Shown here: in pieces, positions 20,574 to 28,418 of the stretch | How the letters are laid out: every line of letters begins with the position of its first letter | Numbering within the stretch: position 1 is the first letter of the stretch | NCBI GenBank assembly: GCA_965279515.1 | Contig: CBDIID010000003.1 | Location: forward strand, 2,080,001-2,144,000 | DNA length: 64,000 bases | DNA from: Turneriella sp. | GTDB taxonomy: Bacteria; Spirochaetota; Leptospiria; Turneriellales; Turneriellaceae | Direction of reading: 5' to 3' | Notes under the pieces: generated by a model | Told to the model about the DNA's origin: nothing | The model's database searches: none | What the model saw: the letters and a program-made list of their open reading frames with translations, nothing else | Program-made: the position numbers and the translations under genes

Positions 20574-22157
20574 ATGTCAGACGCTGATCAGTACGTTCTT
20601 GCCATCGATTTGGGTACCTCTGGCCCCAAAGTCGCGATTGTCAGCGAGAGCGGCAAGGTCCTGCACTGCGAAGTCGAAGCAACTGAACTCATTCTGCTTG
20701 ATGGCGGCGGCGCCGAGCAAGACCCCGATGACTGGTGGCAAAAGATCTGCGCCGCGTCAAAAAGACTCATCGCCAAAAATCTCGTTCCACTCGATCGCAT
20801 CACTTCTGTCGCCGTTACTTCGCAGTGGTCGGGTACCGTTGCCGTCGATAAATCCGGCAAACATCTCTATAATTCGATCATTTGGATGGATTCCCGCGGC
20901 GCAAAACATGTCGCGCAGGTCATGGACGGCCTCGTCAAATTCCAGGGCTATGACGTCGTCAAGCTCGCGCAGTGGATTCTGCTCACCGCGGGCATGCCTG
21001 GCCTCTCGGGCAAAGATTCGCTCGCCCATGTGCTCTTCATCAAAAATGAAATGCCCGATCTCTACGCGAAGACCTACAAATTTCTCGAACCGAAAGATTA
21101 CCTGAACCTGCGTCTCAGCGGCAAATTTGCTGCTGCTCAGGATTCGATCGCCCTCCACTGGGTTACCGACAACCGCGATCTCAGCAAGGTCCACTACCAT
21201 CCCGGGCTGATACAGACGACCGGCCTCGATGTGAAAAAACTCCCCGATCTCTACAGTTCGACCGATGTGCTGGGAAAAATCTTACCCGATGTCGCCCGTG
21301 AGCTCGGCATCTCTGAGAGCACGATGGTGGTTATGGGTACGCCGGATGTCCAGTCTGCGGCGCTGGGTTCGGGTGCTGTTGAAGATTATGCCGCGCACCT
21401 GTACATCGGTACATCCTCATGGCTCACCTGCCACGTGCCGTTCAAGAAGACATCAGCCGAATACAACATGGCAACGATTCCCTCGGCCGTACCGGGCAGA
21501 TACCTCGTCGGCAATGAACACGAAACCGCGGGGTATTGCCTCACCTACCTGCGCGATAAAATCTTTTATCCCAAAGATGCCATCACACCCGAAGGCGCCC
21601 CGAAAGATGCTTACCAGAAATTCAACGATCTCGCCGCAACGATCGCTCCGGGCAGCGACAAACTGATTTTTACGCCGTGGCTCATCGGCGAACGCACACC
21701 GGTAGAAGACCACACGATACGCGGCGGCTTCTTCAATATGTCGCTCTCAACGACGCGCGCACACATGGTGCGTGCGGTCTTTGAAGGCGTGGCCTACAAC
21801 TCGCGCTGGTTACTTGACGCCGTCGAAGATTTTATCGGCCGCAAGATCGAATATATCAACATGATCGGCGGCGGCGCGCGCTCAGACCTCTGGTGCCAGA
21901 TCCACGCCGACATTCTCAACCGCGAAATACGCCAGGTTGCCGACGCCGTCGAAGCAAATGTGCGCGGTGTCGCATTACTTGCAGGGGTCTCGCAAGGGCG
22001 CTTTAAATTCAAAGACCTTTCGAGCCGCGTGGCAATCGCAAAAACGTATAAACCGATCGCCGCAAACCGCAAGATTTACGACGAGCTTTATACCGAATTT
22101 AAGAATGTCTACACCGCTCACAAGAAAATACATGAGAGAATGAATAAAACACATTAG
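20574..22157 (+). CDS. FGGY-family carbohydrate kinase (xylulokinase-like)
   Basis: LAIDLGTSGPK, AEQDPDDWW, IIWMDSRG, YIGTSSW, PWLIGERTP, RAVFEGVA, IGGGARSDLWCQI. Likely start ATG 20574. Confidence 0.92.
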   Translation: MSDADQYVLAIDLGTSGPKVAIVSESGKVLHCEVEATELILLDGGGAEQDPDDWWQKICAASKRLIAKNLVPLDRITSVAVTSQWSGTVAVDKSGKHLYNSIIWMDSRGAKHVAQVMDGLVKFQGYDVVKLAQWILLTAGMPGLSGKDSLAHVLFIKNEMPDLYAKTYKFLEPKDYLNLRLSGKFAAAQDSIALHWVTDNRDLSKVHYHPGLIQTTGLDVKKLPDLYSSTDVLGKILPDVARELGISESTMVVMGTPDVQSAALGSGAVEDYAAHLYIGTSSWLTCHVPFKKTSAEYNMATIPSAVPGRYLVGNEHETAGYCLTYLRDKIFYPKDAITPEGAPKDAYQKFNDLAATIAPGSDKLIFTPWLIGERTPVEDHTIRGGFFNMSLSTTRAHMVRAVFEGVAYNSRWLLDAVEDFIGRKIEYINMIGGGARSDLWCQIHADILNREIRQVADAVEANVRGVALLAGVSQGRFKFKDLSSRVAIAKTYKPIAANRKIYDELYTEFKNVYTAHKKIHERMNKTH

Positions 22158-22164
22158 GAACACC

Positions 22165-23706
22165 ATGGATCCACAACTCATTGCCGAATACCAAAAGAAA
22201 TTCCCCGAGGTTTTTGCCTTCGTAGAAGGTATCCTCGAACGCTTTCCCGAGCTCGACCGCTTCATTAAATCACAAGGCATTGTGCGCGACCAGATCGATG
22301 CCCAGGCCAAAGAAGTGCTCGAGACGATCGCAAAAGACATGAAACCTTACCGCGACCAGTACGAGGTCCATGCCCGCTTGCCTAAAGAAGGTGTCGCGCG
22401 GCCTGAAGTCCTGAAAGAGCTCAAAGAGATGCGCGATCTAGAGCGTAAAAAATGGAAAGAAGGCTACGTATCGGGCGCTGTCTACCACGGCGACGATGAG
22501 CATATCGAGTATATGAATAACGCCTACACGATACATTCGCAGTCGAATCCCCTGCACTCCGATCTCTGGCCCAGCGCCAGCAAGTTCGAAGCGGAGATCA
22601 TTTCGATGACCGCCGGCATGCTCAGTGAAGGTGCTCCCGAAAGCGTGCGCGCAGGTATCTGCGGTTCGGTATCTTCTGGCGGTACCGAGAGCATCCTTTT
22701 GGCGATGAAAACCTACCGCGATATGGCTTTTGAGGAGCGCGGTGTGCGCAATCCGGAAATGGTGTTGCCGACAACTGCACACGTGGCATTCCACAAAGCG
22801 GCACAATATTTTAAGATCAAGATTCGCTACGTAAACTTTGACAGCAATTTCCGGGCGAACCTCGACGAAGTCAGAAAAGCGATCAATAGTAATACTGTCG
22901 TCGTCGTTGGCTCAGCACCCGCTTTCCCCCATGGCATTGTCGACCCCATCGAAGAGATGTCCAATCTCGCGCTCTCGAAAAAAATTCCGTTCCACACCGA
23001 CGCCTGCCTCGGCGGCTATATTCTGCCTTGGGCAAAAAAACTCGGCTATGATGTGCCTAAATTCGATTTCTCGCTGCCCGGTGTGACATCGATTTCGGTG
23101 GACACACACAAGTACGGTTACGCAGCGAAAGGCACTTCGGTGATTCTCTACCGCAACGCGAAAATCCGCCACCACCAGTTCTTTACCTCAACTAACTGGC
23201 CGGGGGGGATGTACTTCTCACCCACATTCGCCGGTTCACGCCCGGGCGGCCTTTCGGCCGCATGCTGGGCGGCGCTGGTTTCGATCGGTGAAAAGGGTTA
23301 TCTCGACGCTGCGAAAAAAATCATGACAGCCGCCGATTACGTCAAAGCCGAAATCAAAAAAATTCCCGAACTGAAACTCCTCGGCAACCCGCTCTATGTC
23401 ATCGCCTTTGCGTCAGACACCATAGACATCTACAAGGTCATGGAACAGATGACGCATAAGGGTTATTCACTCAACGGTCTGCATCGCCCTGCCTGTGTGC
23501 ATATTGCACTCACACTGCGCCATGCAGAACCCGGTGTAGCAGAACGTTTCATCGAAGACCTCAAGGCTGCCGTAGCTTATGTGAAAGCAAACCCTTCCGA
23601 AAAGGGCAGCTCGGCACCGATCTACGGCATGGCTGCATCACTGCCGGTGCGCAGCGTCGTCGGCGATTTACTGAAAACTTATATGGACGCTTATTATAAA
23701 GTGTAA
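22165..23706 (+). CDS. Sphingosine-1-phosphate lyase-like PLP-dependent enzyme
   Basis: GYVSGAVYHG, SNPLHSDLWP, SGGTESILLA, SAPAFPHGIVDPIE, HTDACLGG, SISVDTHKYGYAAKG (PLP Lys), PTFAGSRPGG, APIYG. Confidence 0.9.
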   Translation: MDPQLIAEYQKKFPEVFAFVEGILERFPELDRFIKSQGIVRDQIDAQAKEVLETIAKDMKPYRDQYEVHARLPKEGVARPEVLKELKEMRDLERKKWKEGYVSGAVYHGDDEHIEYMNNAYTIHSQSNPLHSDLWPSASKFEAEIISMTAGMLSEGAPESVRAGICGSVSSGGTESILLAMKTYRDMAFEERGVRNPEMVLPTTAHVAFHKAAQYFKIKIRYVNFDSNFRANLDEVRKAINSNTVVVVGSAPAFPHGIVDPIEEMSNLALSKKIPFHTDACLGGYILPWAKKLGYDVPKFDFSLPGVTSISVDTHKYGYAAKGTSVILYRNAKIRHHQFFTSTNWPGGMYFSPTFAGSRPGGLSAACWAALVSIGEKGYLDAAKKIMTAADYVKAEIKKIPELKLLGNPLYVIAFASDTIDIYKVMEQMTHKGYSLNGLHRPACVHIALTLRHAEPGVAERFIEDLKAAVAYVKANPSEKGSSAPIYGMAASLPVRSVVGDLLKTYMDAYYKV

Positions 23707-23794
23707 GTGTCCCCACCCCCTGCCCCTCCCCGCATGCGGGGAGGGGAGCATGGGGGCCTCCCCCGTTTACGGGGGAGGTTGGGAGGGGGACACT
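23706..23794. repeat. GC-rich REP/MITE-like palindromic element (two inverted hairpin units inside 9-bp terminal IRs)
   Basis: AGTGTCCCC (23706-14) / GGGGACACT (23786-94). Perfect 24-bp palindrome at 23723-23746. 10-bp stem CCTCCCCCGT-TT-ACGGGGGAGG at 23757-23778. Confidence 0.8.
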
Positions 23795-24723
23795 GAAGCC
23801 GCATCAGCCCTTAAAACGCCCGTTTTGGAAAAAACGCCTCGCGACTTCTTGAATTCCACACCGTCGCCCTCGCCGAGCAGCAGCATATAGTCGCTGCGGC
23901 CTGAGATCGCAATCGAGTCTTTGATCATTTCCATTTCGCGGCCGCCGCGGCGGTAGAAGGTGCTGTGATGTATGGGTATCATGTAACGTGCGCCGCAGTC
24001 GCGGTAGATCTGCAGAGCTCCATAAGGATTCACATGCACGGCATTGCCAATACCCCCTGAAGTAAAACCTCCTGCTGGTCCTACGGGAATTAACGCAACG
24101 TCGATTTTATAATCGCGCTTGAGATTACGGAAATATTCTTCATGGTAACCGGTGTCGCCGGCAAAGAATACCGTGATGCCTTTGTATTCAATGATATAGC
24201 CGGTATAGGGTTCGCCATCCCACAGATTATCGACCAGCATGCGCCCGCCAAAATGCCGCACCGGTACAGAGGTGATTTTCAGACCATTTTCTTCGTGCGA
24301 ATAGCCCGGGCTTGCGGGATGCTCATGACGGGCCACGGAGTGCGGTGTATAATTAAAACCGCTCGGTGGCGCGAACAAGTGCCCCGAGCCGCGCAGCACA
24401 CGCAGCGAAGGCGCGTCGAGATGATCGAAATGGTTGTGCGAGATGACAATCGCATCGACGGGTTTGACCGAGGCGACATCGATGCCAGGCTCGCTGAGAC
24501 GTTTGACAACTGTGCCGGTACGGTCTGAAAAATTCGGGTCGGTGATAATCCACTTATCGTAGAGGCGCATCAGCACCGTCGCATGCCCCACCCAGTAAAA
24601 CTCAATCTTCTCAGGCGCTGAGACCAGCTGCGGTGCGGGTTTACCGGTTTTGACAGTGCCCGAAAAATTGCCGCAGGCGGCCAGAAACGTCAAAAACAGA
24701 GGAGGCCAGCAAAGGTTGCGCAT
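23767..24723 (-). CDS. Metallo-beta-lactamase-fold hydrolase lipoprotein (NAPE-PLD/RomA-like)
   Basis: Lipobox FLAAC, WVGHAT, ITDPNFS, ISHNHFDHLD, FFAGDTGY, MIPIHHSTF. Confidence 0.88.
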   Translation of the reverse strand: MRNLCWPPLFLTFLAACGNFSGTVKTGKPAPQLVSAPEKIEFYWVGHATVLMRLYDKWIITDPNFSDRTGTVVKRLSEPGIDVASVKPVDAIVISHNHFDHLDAPSLRVLRGSGHLFAPPSGFNYTPHSVARHEHPASPGYSHEENGLKITSVPVRHFGGRMLVDNLWDGEPYTGYIIEYKGITVFFAGDTGYHEEYFRNLKRDYKIDVALIPVGPAGGFTSGGIGNAVHVNPYGALQIYRDCGARYMIPIHHSTFYRRGGREMEMIKDSIAISGRSDYMLLLGEGDGVEFKKSRGVFSKTGVLRADAASVSPSQPPP

Positions 24724-24765
24724 ATTGTCTAGACGCAAATATAACAAAAATATTGTATCGGGAAC

Positions 24766-25818
24766 TTATTCGATGCCGATCCGCTGTTCACCGCCATAGC
24801 GGTAAAAGCCTTCGGTCTCTTCCTGGGCAATAGTCTCGGCTTCGGCGCCGAAATATTTCTTCCTTAATGCATCCAGCGCTGCCGCGTCACCGGCAACCTT
24901 CGACCGTTCGGTAAGGTAGGTTTTGCCCTGTGCCCAACGCGACTCGCGGTCGCGGTCGAGTGTCTCCCAGCGTTCGAGCGTCACAGCATCCATGCCCATT
25001 TCGGTGCGCACGGTCCGAAGCGCATGCCGCTGCTGTGTGGGAGAGAGGGCCTTGAGGTCGGCCTGAACCGATTGCAAGAGTGAATTCGTGATTTCCTGCT
25101 GGTGGCGTTCGAGGTAGGCCCTGGCTTCGGCGCCAAAAGTTTCGTTGAGGGTATTTTTGAAATAGCTCAGCTTGGCGTTGATATCCTTCCCCTTCGCATC
25201 GCGTATCTCTTCGAGGGCGTTCTGCATGGTCGTCGCCCTGATCTCGGCGGCGAAAATTTCTTTTGCGTTATCGTCGCCGAATAAACTGGTGCGCATTTCG
25301 GCCAAAGCCTTTTGCCGATCCTTGCGGCTCATCTTGTCGAGCCGGTCTTTGTTGCGCGTGAGCCAGTCGTTGTATTTGACCAGCGATGACAGCTGATCGA
25401 AAAGTTTATTGGCCAGATTCGGGAATGCGGCGCCCGCAAGTTCGTTCACGCAGGCGACCCAATCATTGGGTTGTTCCTTCTGGCAGAGCCGCATGAGATC
25501 TTCGAGCATCTTGATCTGCAGATAGCCGCGGTGGATATTCTTACCCCACTTCTCGCGCAACAGGGCAATTTTCTGTTCGAATGTCAGCTCACCGACGATG
25601 CGCTTCTGGCCCGTCTCCGTAAGTTCGTATTGGATTTTTTCAATCGCCGATTCCTGGTAGGCGCGTATTGCGCGTGGGTGGCTTTGCAGATTTTTTAGCT
25701 GGCGAATAGCGTCGGAATCGCGGTTAGCGAAATAGAAAATGACCGCCCCGACTAACAGGCCGCCCATAATACCAAGCCAAATGGATTTATTCTTCACGGG
25801 GGTTGTTAAGGGGGCCAC
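24766..25818 (-). CDS. Probable lipase-specific foldase (Lif/LimK-like chaperone)
   Basis: Directly downstream of the lipase. N-terminal TM, all-helical, with Lif-like segments MRTSLFGDDNAKEIFAAE, ERWETLDRDRESRW and LRKKYFGAEA. Confidence 0.7.
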   Translation of the reverse strand: MAPLTTPVKNKSIWLGIMGGLLVGAVIFYFANRDSDAIRQLKNLQSHPRAIRAYQESAIEKIQYELTETGQKRIVGELTFEQKIALLREKWGKNIHRGYLQIKMLEDLMRLCQKEQPNDWVACVNELAGAAFPNLANKLFDQLSSLVKYNDWLTRNKDRLDKMSRKDRQKALAEMRTSLFGDDNAKEIFAAEIRATTMQNALEEIRDAKGKDINAKLSYFKNTLNETFGAEARAYLERHQQEITNSLLQSVQADLKALSPTQQRHALRTVRTEMGMDAVTLERWETLDRDRESRWAQGKTYLTERSKVAGDAAALDALRKKYFGAEAETIAQEETEGFYRYGGEQRIGIE

Positions 25819-25830
25819 AGGCCCCCTTAA
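25806..25830 (-). promoter_or_regulatory. Perfect 11-bp hairpin covering SD and GTG start of the foldase gene
   Basis: Minus strand TTAAGGGGGCC-TGT-GGCCCCCTTAA, beginning 5 nt after the lipase stop. Confidence 0.65.
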
Positions 25831-25835
25831 TCTAA

Positions 25836-26933
25836 TTAGTCTTTCGCCGCGACAAAGTCAATGATCGCCGCGTAGAATTCCATCTCGTCGAATGTGTCAG
25901 GCGGAACGCCCACCACATCGAGATGATCCTGGTTGATGATACTCGAGCTCGATGTCATCTGGATCGACGTCGGGTTATTGAGATCAGACACATAACCTGT
26001 TGTAGAATCCTGGGTGATGTAATCGAGGCAGAGTGTGCATGAATTGTGTTTCAGGCGATAACCCATCTGCTGCGAGTTGATACCGACCAGACCGTCGTCG
26101 TCGAGATCTGTCGCCGTACCGTTACCCTTGCCGGCAGCACCATCGTTGTCGCAGTCATCCACACAATAGCCGTTGCCATCGATGTTGATGAAACCATTAC
26201 GCAGCAAGAACAGCGCCGGGTTCACCGAAACACCTGTCTGTGCTGTGACGAACGAACCGTAGTACGCCGCGTACGTTGCACTGACGGGGTTCGCCACGTT
26301 GAAAGCTTTCGCCCCCGTGGTCACTCCGTCTGTTGCACTGTAGTCGTTATACACGAGCTGCTTCGCACCTGCAAAGGCATCGCTGCCGCTGCGGTAGATG
26401 GTGTTTCCGTAAATCGTTGCCAAAGCCGCCACGACATTCGTGACGCCGGGCTTCAGGTCGAGAATATACTTCGCGACGGGTGATCCGCGGTGGGGAGAAG
26501 AAACAGAAATCAACACTTTGACTACCTGGCGGCCTTTACGTTGGTAAAGAACCTTTGCCGCCTTGCGGATATCCAAACCGCCCTGCGAATGCCCCACGAG
26601 GTTGATGTAACTCACACCCTGCGAAGTCATATACGATTCAATCTGGTTCGCGATGTCGAGACCGCGTACTTCGGAGGACTGAAAAGCGTATGTCGCTGTC
26701 TGGTAAGCCTTTTGCGAGCTGCTTATATTACCGTTGCAGGTAATTTCGAGAAACTCATCACAAGGATCGCCGACAAAAACACCGTAGTCATCCCCCCAAT
26801 AGGAATAGCCCAGAATGTCGTCAAAACCCGCCATGCCATGGGCGAAGACCACCGGGTATGTGGTTTTCGCGGCCGCTGCTGAAACTGCCGCAGGAACTGC
26901 GGCAAAAAGGAATGCGATCAACATTTTTCGCAT
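25836..26933 (-). CDS. Secreted triacylglycerol lipase (family I-like alpha/beta hydrolase)
   Basis: Signal peptide, TTYPVVFAHGMAGF, NLVGHSQGG (nucleophile elbow), SVSSPHRGS, DDGLV, QDHLDVVG. Cys-rich insertions. Confidence 0.93.
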   Translation of the reverse strand: MRKMLIAFLFAAVPAAVSAAAAKTTYPVVFAHGMAGFDDILGYSYWGDDYGVFVGDPCDEFLEITCNGNISSSQKAYQTATYAFQSSEVRGLDIANQIESYMTSQGVSYINLVGHSQGGLDIRKAAKVLYQRKGRQVVKVLISVSSPHRGSPVAKYILDLKPGVTNVVAALATIYGNTIYRSGSDAFAGAKQLVYNDYSATDGVTTGAKAFNVANPVSATYAAYYGSFVTAQTGVSVNPALFLLRNGFINIDGNGYCVDDCDNDGAAGKGNGTATDLDDDGLVGINSQQMGYRLKHNSCTLCLDYITQDSTTGYVSDLNNPTSIQMTSSSSIINQDHLDVVGVPPDTFDEMEFYAAIIDFVAAKD

Positions 26934-27060
26934 CGGTAAAGTTCTCCCTCACGTATTGGTAACGACAGGGTGCCTAGGCACCGTGGCCAACCAAGCCCCG
27001 AAGGCTTCGGGCTGACCATGTACTATTGGCGGCCTGATAGTTCGCGGGCCAAAATTAAGG

Positions 27061-27074
27061 TGAACGAACGTTCA
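27061..27074. promoter_or_regulatory. Palindromic operator-like site TGAAC-N4-GTTCA in the divergent lipase / 27136 intergenic region
   Basis: TGAACGAACGTTCA seen directly. The regulator is unknown. Confidence 0.45.
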
Positions 27075-27135
27075 TGTCCATAAAAAATTCTCTACTTTAC
27101 GCGCCGTTTCATAGCCGGTCGGCGTCTAAATTAGC

Positions 27136-28326
27136 ATGGTTCGCTTACCGATCGTGAAACTGTACTTATCTGGCCTACTGCTCATCGCTGTGACGGCACT
27201 GGGTGCACAAGCAGCAAAGCCGGATGTAAAACCGGAAACAAAGCCTGCAGCTCCTGCAGTTAAAGAAGTCAAAGCCGAAACAAAACCAGAAGTTAAACCC
27301 GCGGCGAAACCGGAAAATAAACCGGAAACGAAACCGCCTGAAAAAACGGAAGCCAAAACCTTCAAGAGCGACGTGCCCATTGTGATCGAAGCCGATAAGT
27401 CGACCGCAACCGTTGGGCCCGCGATCAAGAAACTGATCTTCATCGATTTTTATAATGAGTCGAACAACCCCAACGCCAAATGGATGGTCGACTCGATCGG
27501 CGAATCGATTTTTGAACTCACGAAAAATAAATATAATTATTCGCGCATTCCCAACAAGGTCTGGCGCGAATACGCGACGCAGAAAAATTTCAAACCCGAA
27601 GACTTTTATAATACCGAAAAACTCCAGGCGATGGGCTATGCGCTGAAGGTGGATGGCATCATTTTCGGAAAGTTTATCACGACCGAAGAAAACATCCAGA
27701 TCAGCGGCAAGATTCTCTCCGTCGTCGACAAAGAAATCATCGCGGAAAAAAACGTCACTGTGCCGTTCTCGAGCCAGATGTTCGAAGATGTGCAGGATGT
27801 CTCGGAGACCCTGGGCAGCCGCATCAAAGACCTGTTCTTCCCGTCAGACCGCGGCGCATTGTGGCGGTCAGCCCTTCTGCCGGGCTGGGGACAATACTAT
27901 AAACAACGCAAAACCTGGGGGTATATCTACGGCGGCGTCATTGGCACGGGTGCAGCGTTCTCACTGTTCTCGCTCATCATGTTACAATCGTCGAAGCGCG
28001 CTTATGAAAATTACAATCCTGACCATGTCGTCACGCCCAACAATGAATTCGGCATCAAAGACCCGGCGGCGGCGCAGGCACAGTTCGCCAAGCTCGAAGA
28101 TACCGCCAACCAATGGTACCAGATTACCATGATCAGCGCCAGCATCACGCTGGGCATCTATCTCTGGCATCTTTTCGATGCCTGGTTCTTCGAAGGCAGT
28201 TATACCGAGATCGCGAAGGGCGGCACTGCACTGAATGGCCGCGGTGGGGATAACCTCCTGGGGGCGAATATCCGCATTAGCAGCGACCGGGATCCCCTGT
28301 CGATCCGCATCGGCTTCGCATTTTGA
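27136..28326 (+). CDS. Exported protein: K/P/E-rich linker, CsgG/TolB_N-like alpha/beta domain, DUF5683-like C-terminal membrane domain
   Basis: Signal peptide, IFIDFYNES...LKVDGIIFGKF...IQISGKILSV, ALWRSALLPGWGQYY, IYLWHLFDAW, ends IRIGFAF. Confidence 0.7.
   Translation: MVRLPIVKLYLSGLLLIAVTALGAQAAKPDVKPETKPAAPAVKEVKAETKPEVKPAAKPENKPETKPPEKTEAKTFKSDVPIVIEADKSTATVGPAIKKLIFIDFYNESNNPNAKWMVDSIGESIFELTKNKYNYSRIPNKVWREYATQKNFKPEDFYNTEKLQAMGYALKVDGIIFGKFITTEENIQISGKILSVVDKEIIAEKNVTVPFSSQMFEDVQDVSETLGSRIKDLFFPSDRGALWRSALLPGWGQYYKQRKTWGYIYGGVIGTGAAFSLFSLIMLQSSKRAYENYNPDHVVTPNNEFGIKDPAAAQAQFAKLEDTANQWYQITMISASITLGIYLWHLFDAWFFEGSYTEIAKGGTALNGRGGDNLLGANIRISSDRDPLSIRIGFAF
27215..27350 (+). repeat. Imperfect 12-bp coding repeats (KPxx peptide)
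   Basis: KPDVKPETKPAA...KPEVKPAAKPENKPETKPPEK, built from aaaccggaa/aaaccagaa units. Confidence 0.7.
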
Positions 28327-28418
28327 GGATTTTTTGCCGGACGTTTATCCTATAGCCGATAAGATAAGGTGCGGGATGTTACCGATCATCCGCTCCCGCG
28401 TTTTACTGTTATACTAAT

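Noticed and set aside
27061..27074. GAAC-N4-GTTC as a LexA (Cheo) SOS box
   Set aside because: That box is the Gram-positive type, the flanking genes are not SOS genes and the host appears to be a spirochaete. Kept only as a generic operator.
27215..27350. Short repeats as a CRISPR array or phase-variable tract
   Set aside because: Imperfect in-frame coding repeats of a K/P/E linker, with no spacers or cas genes.
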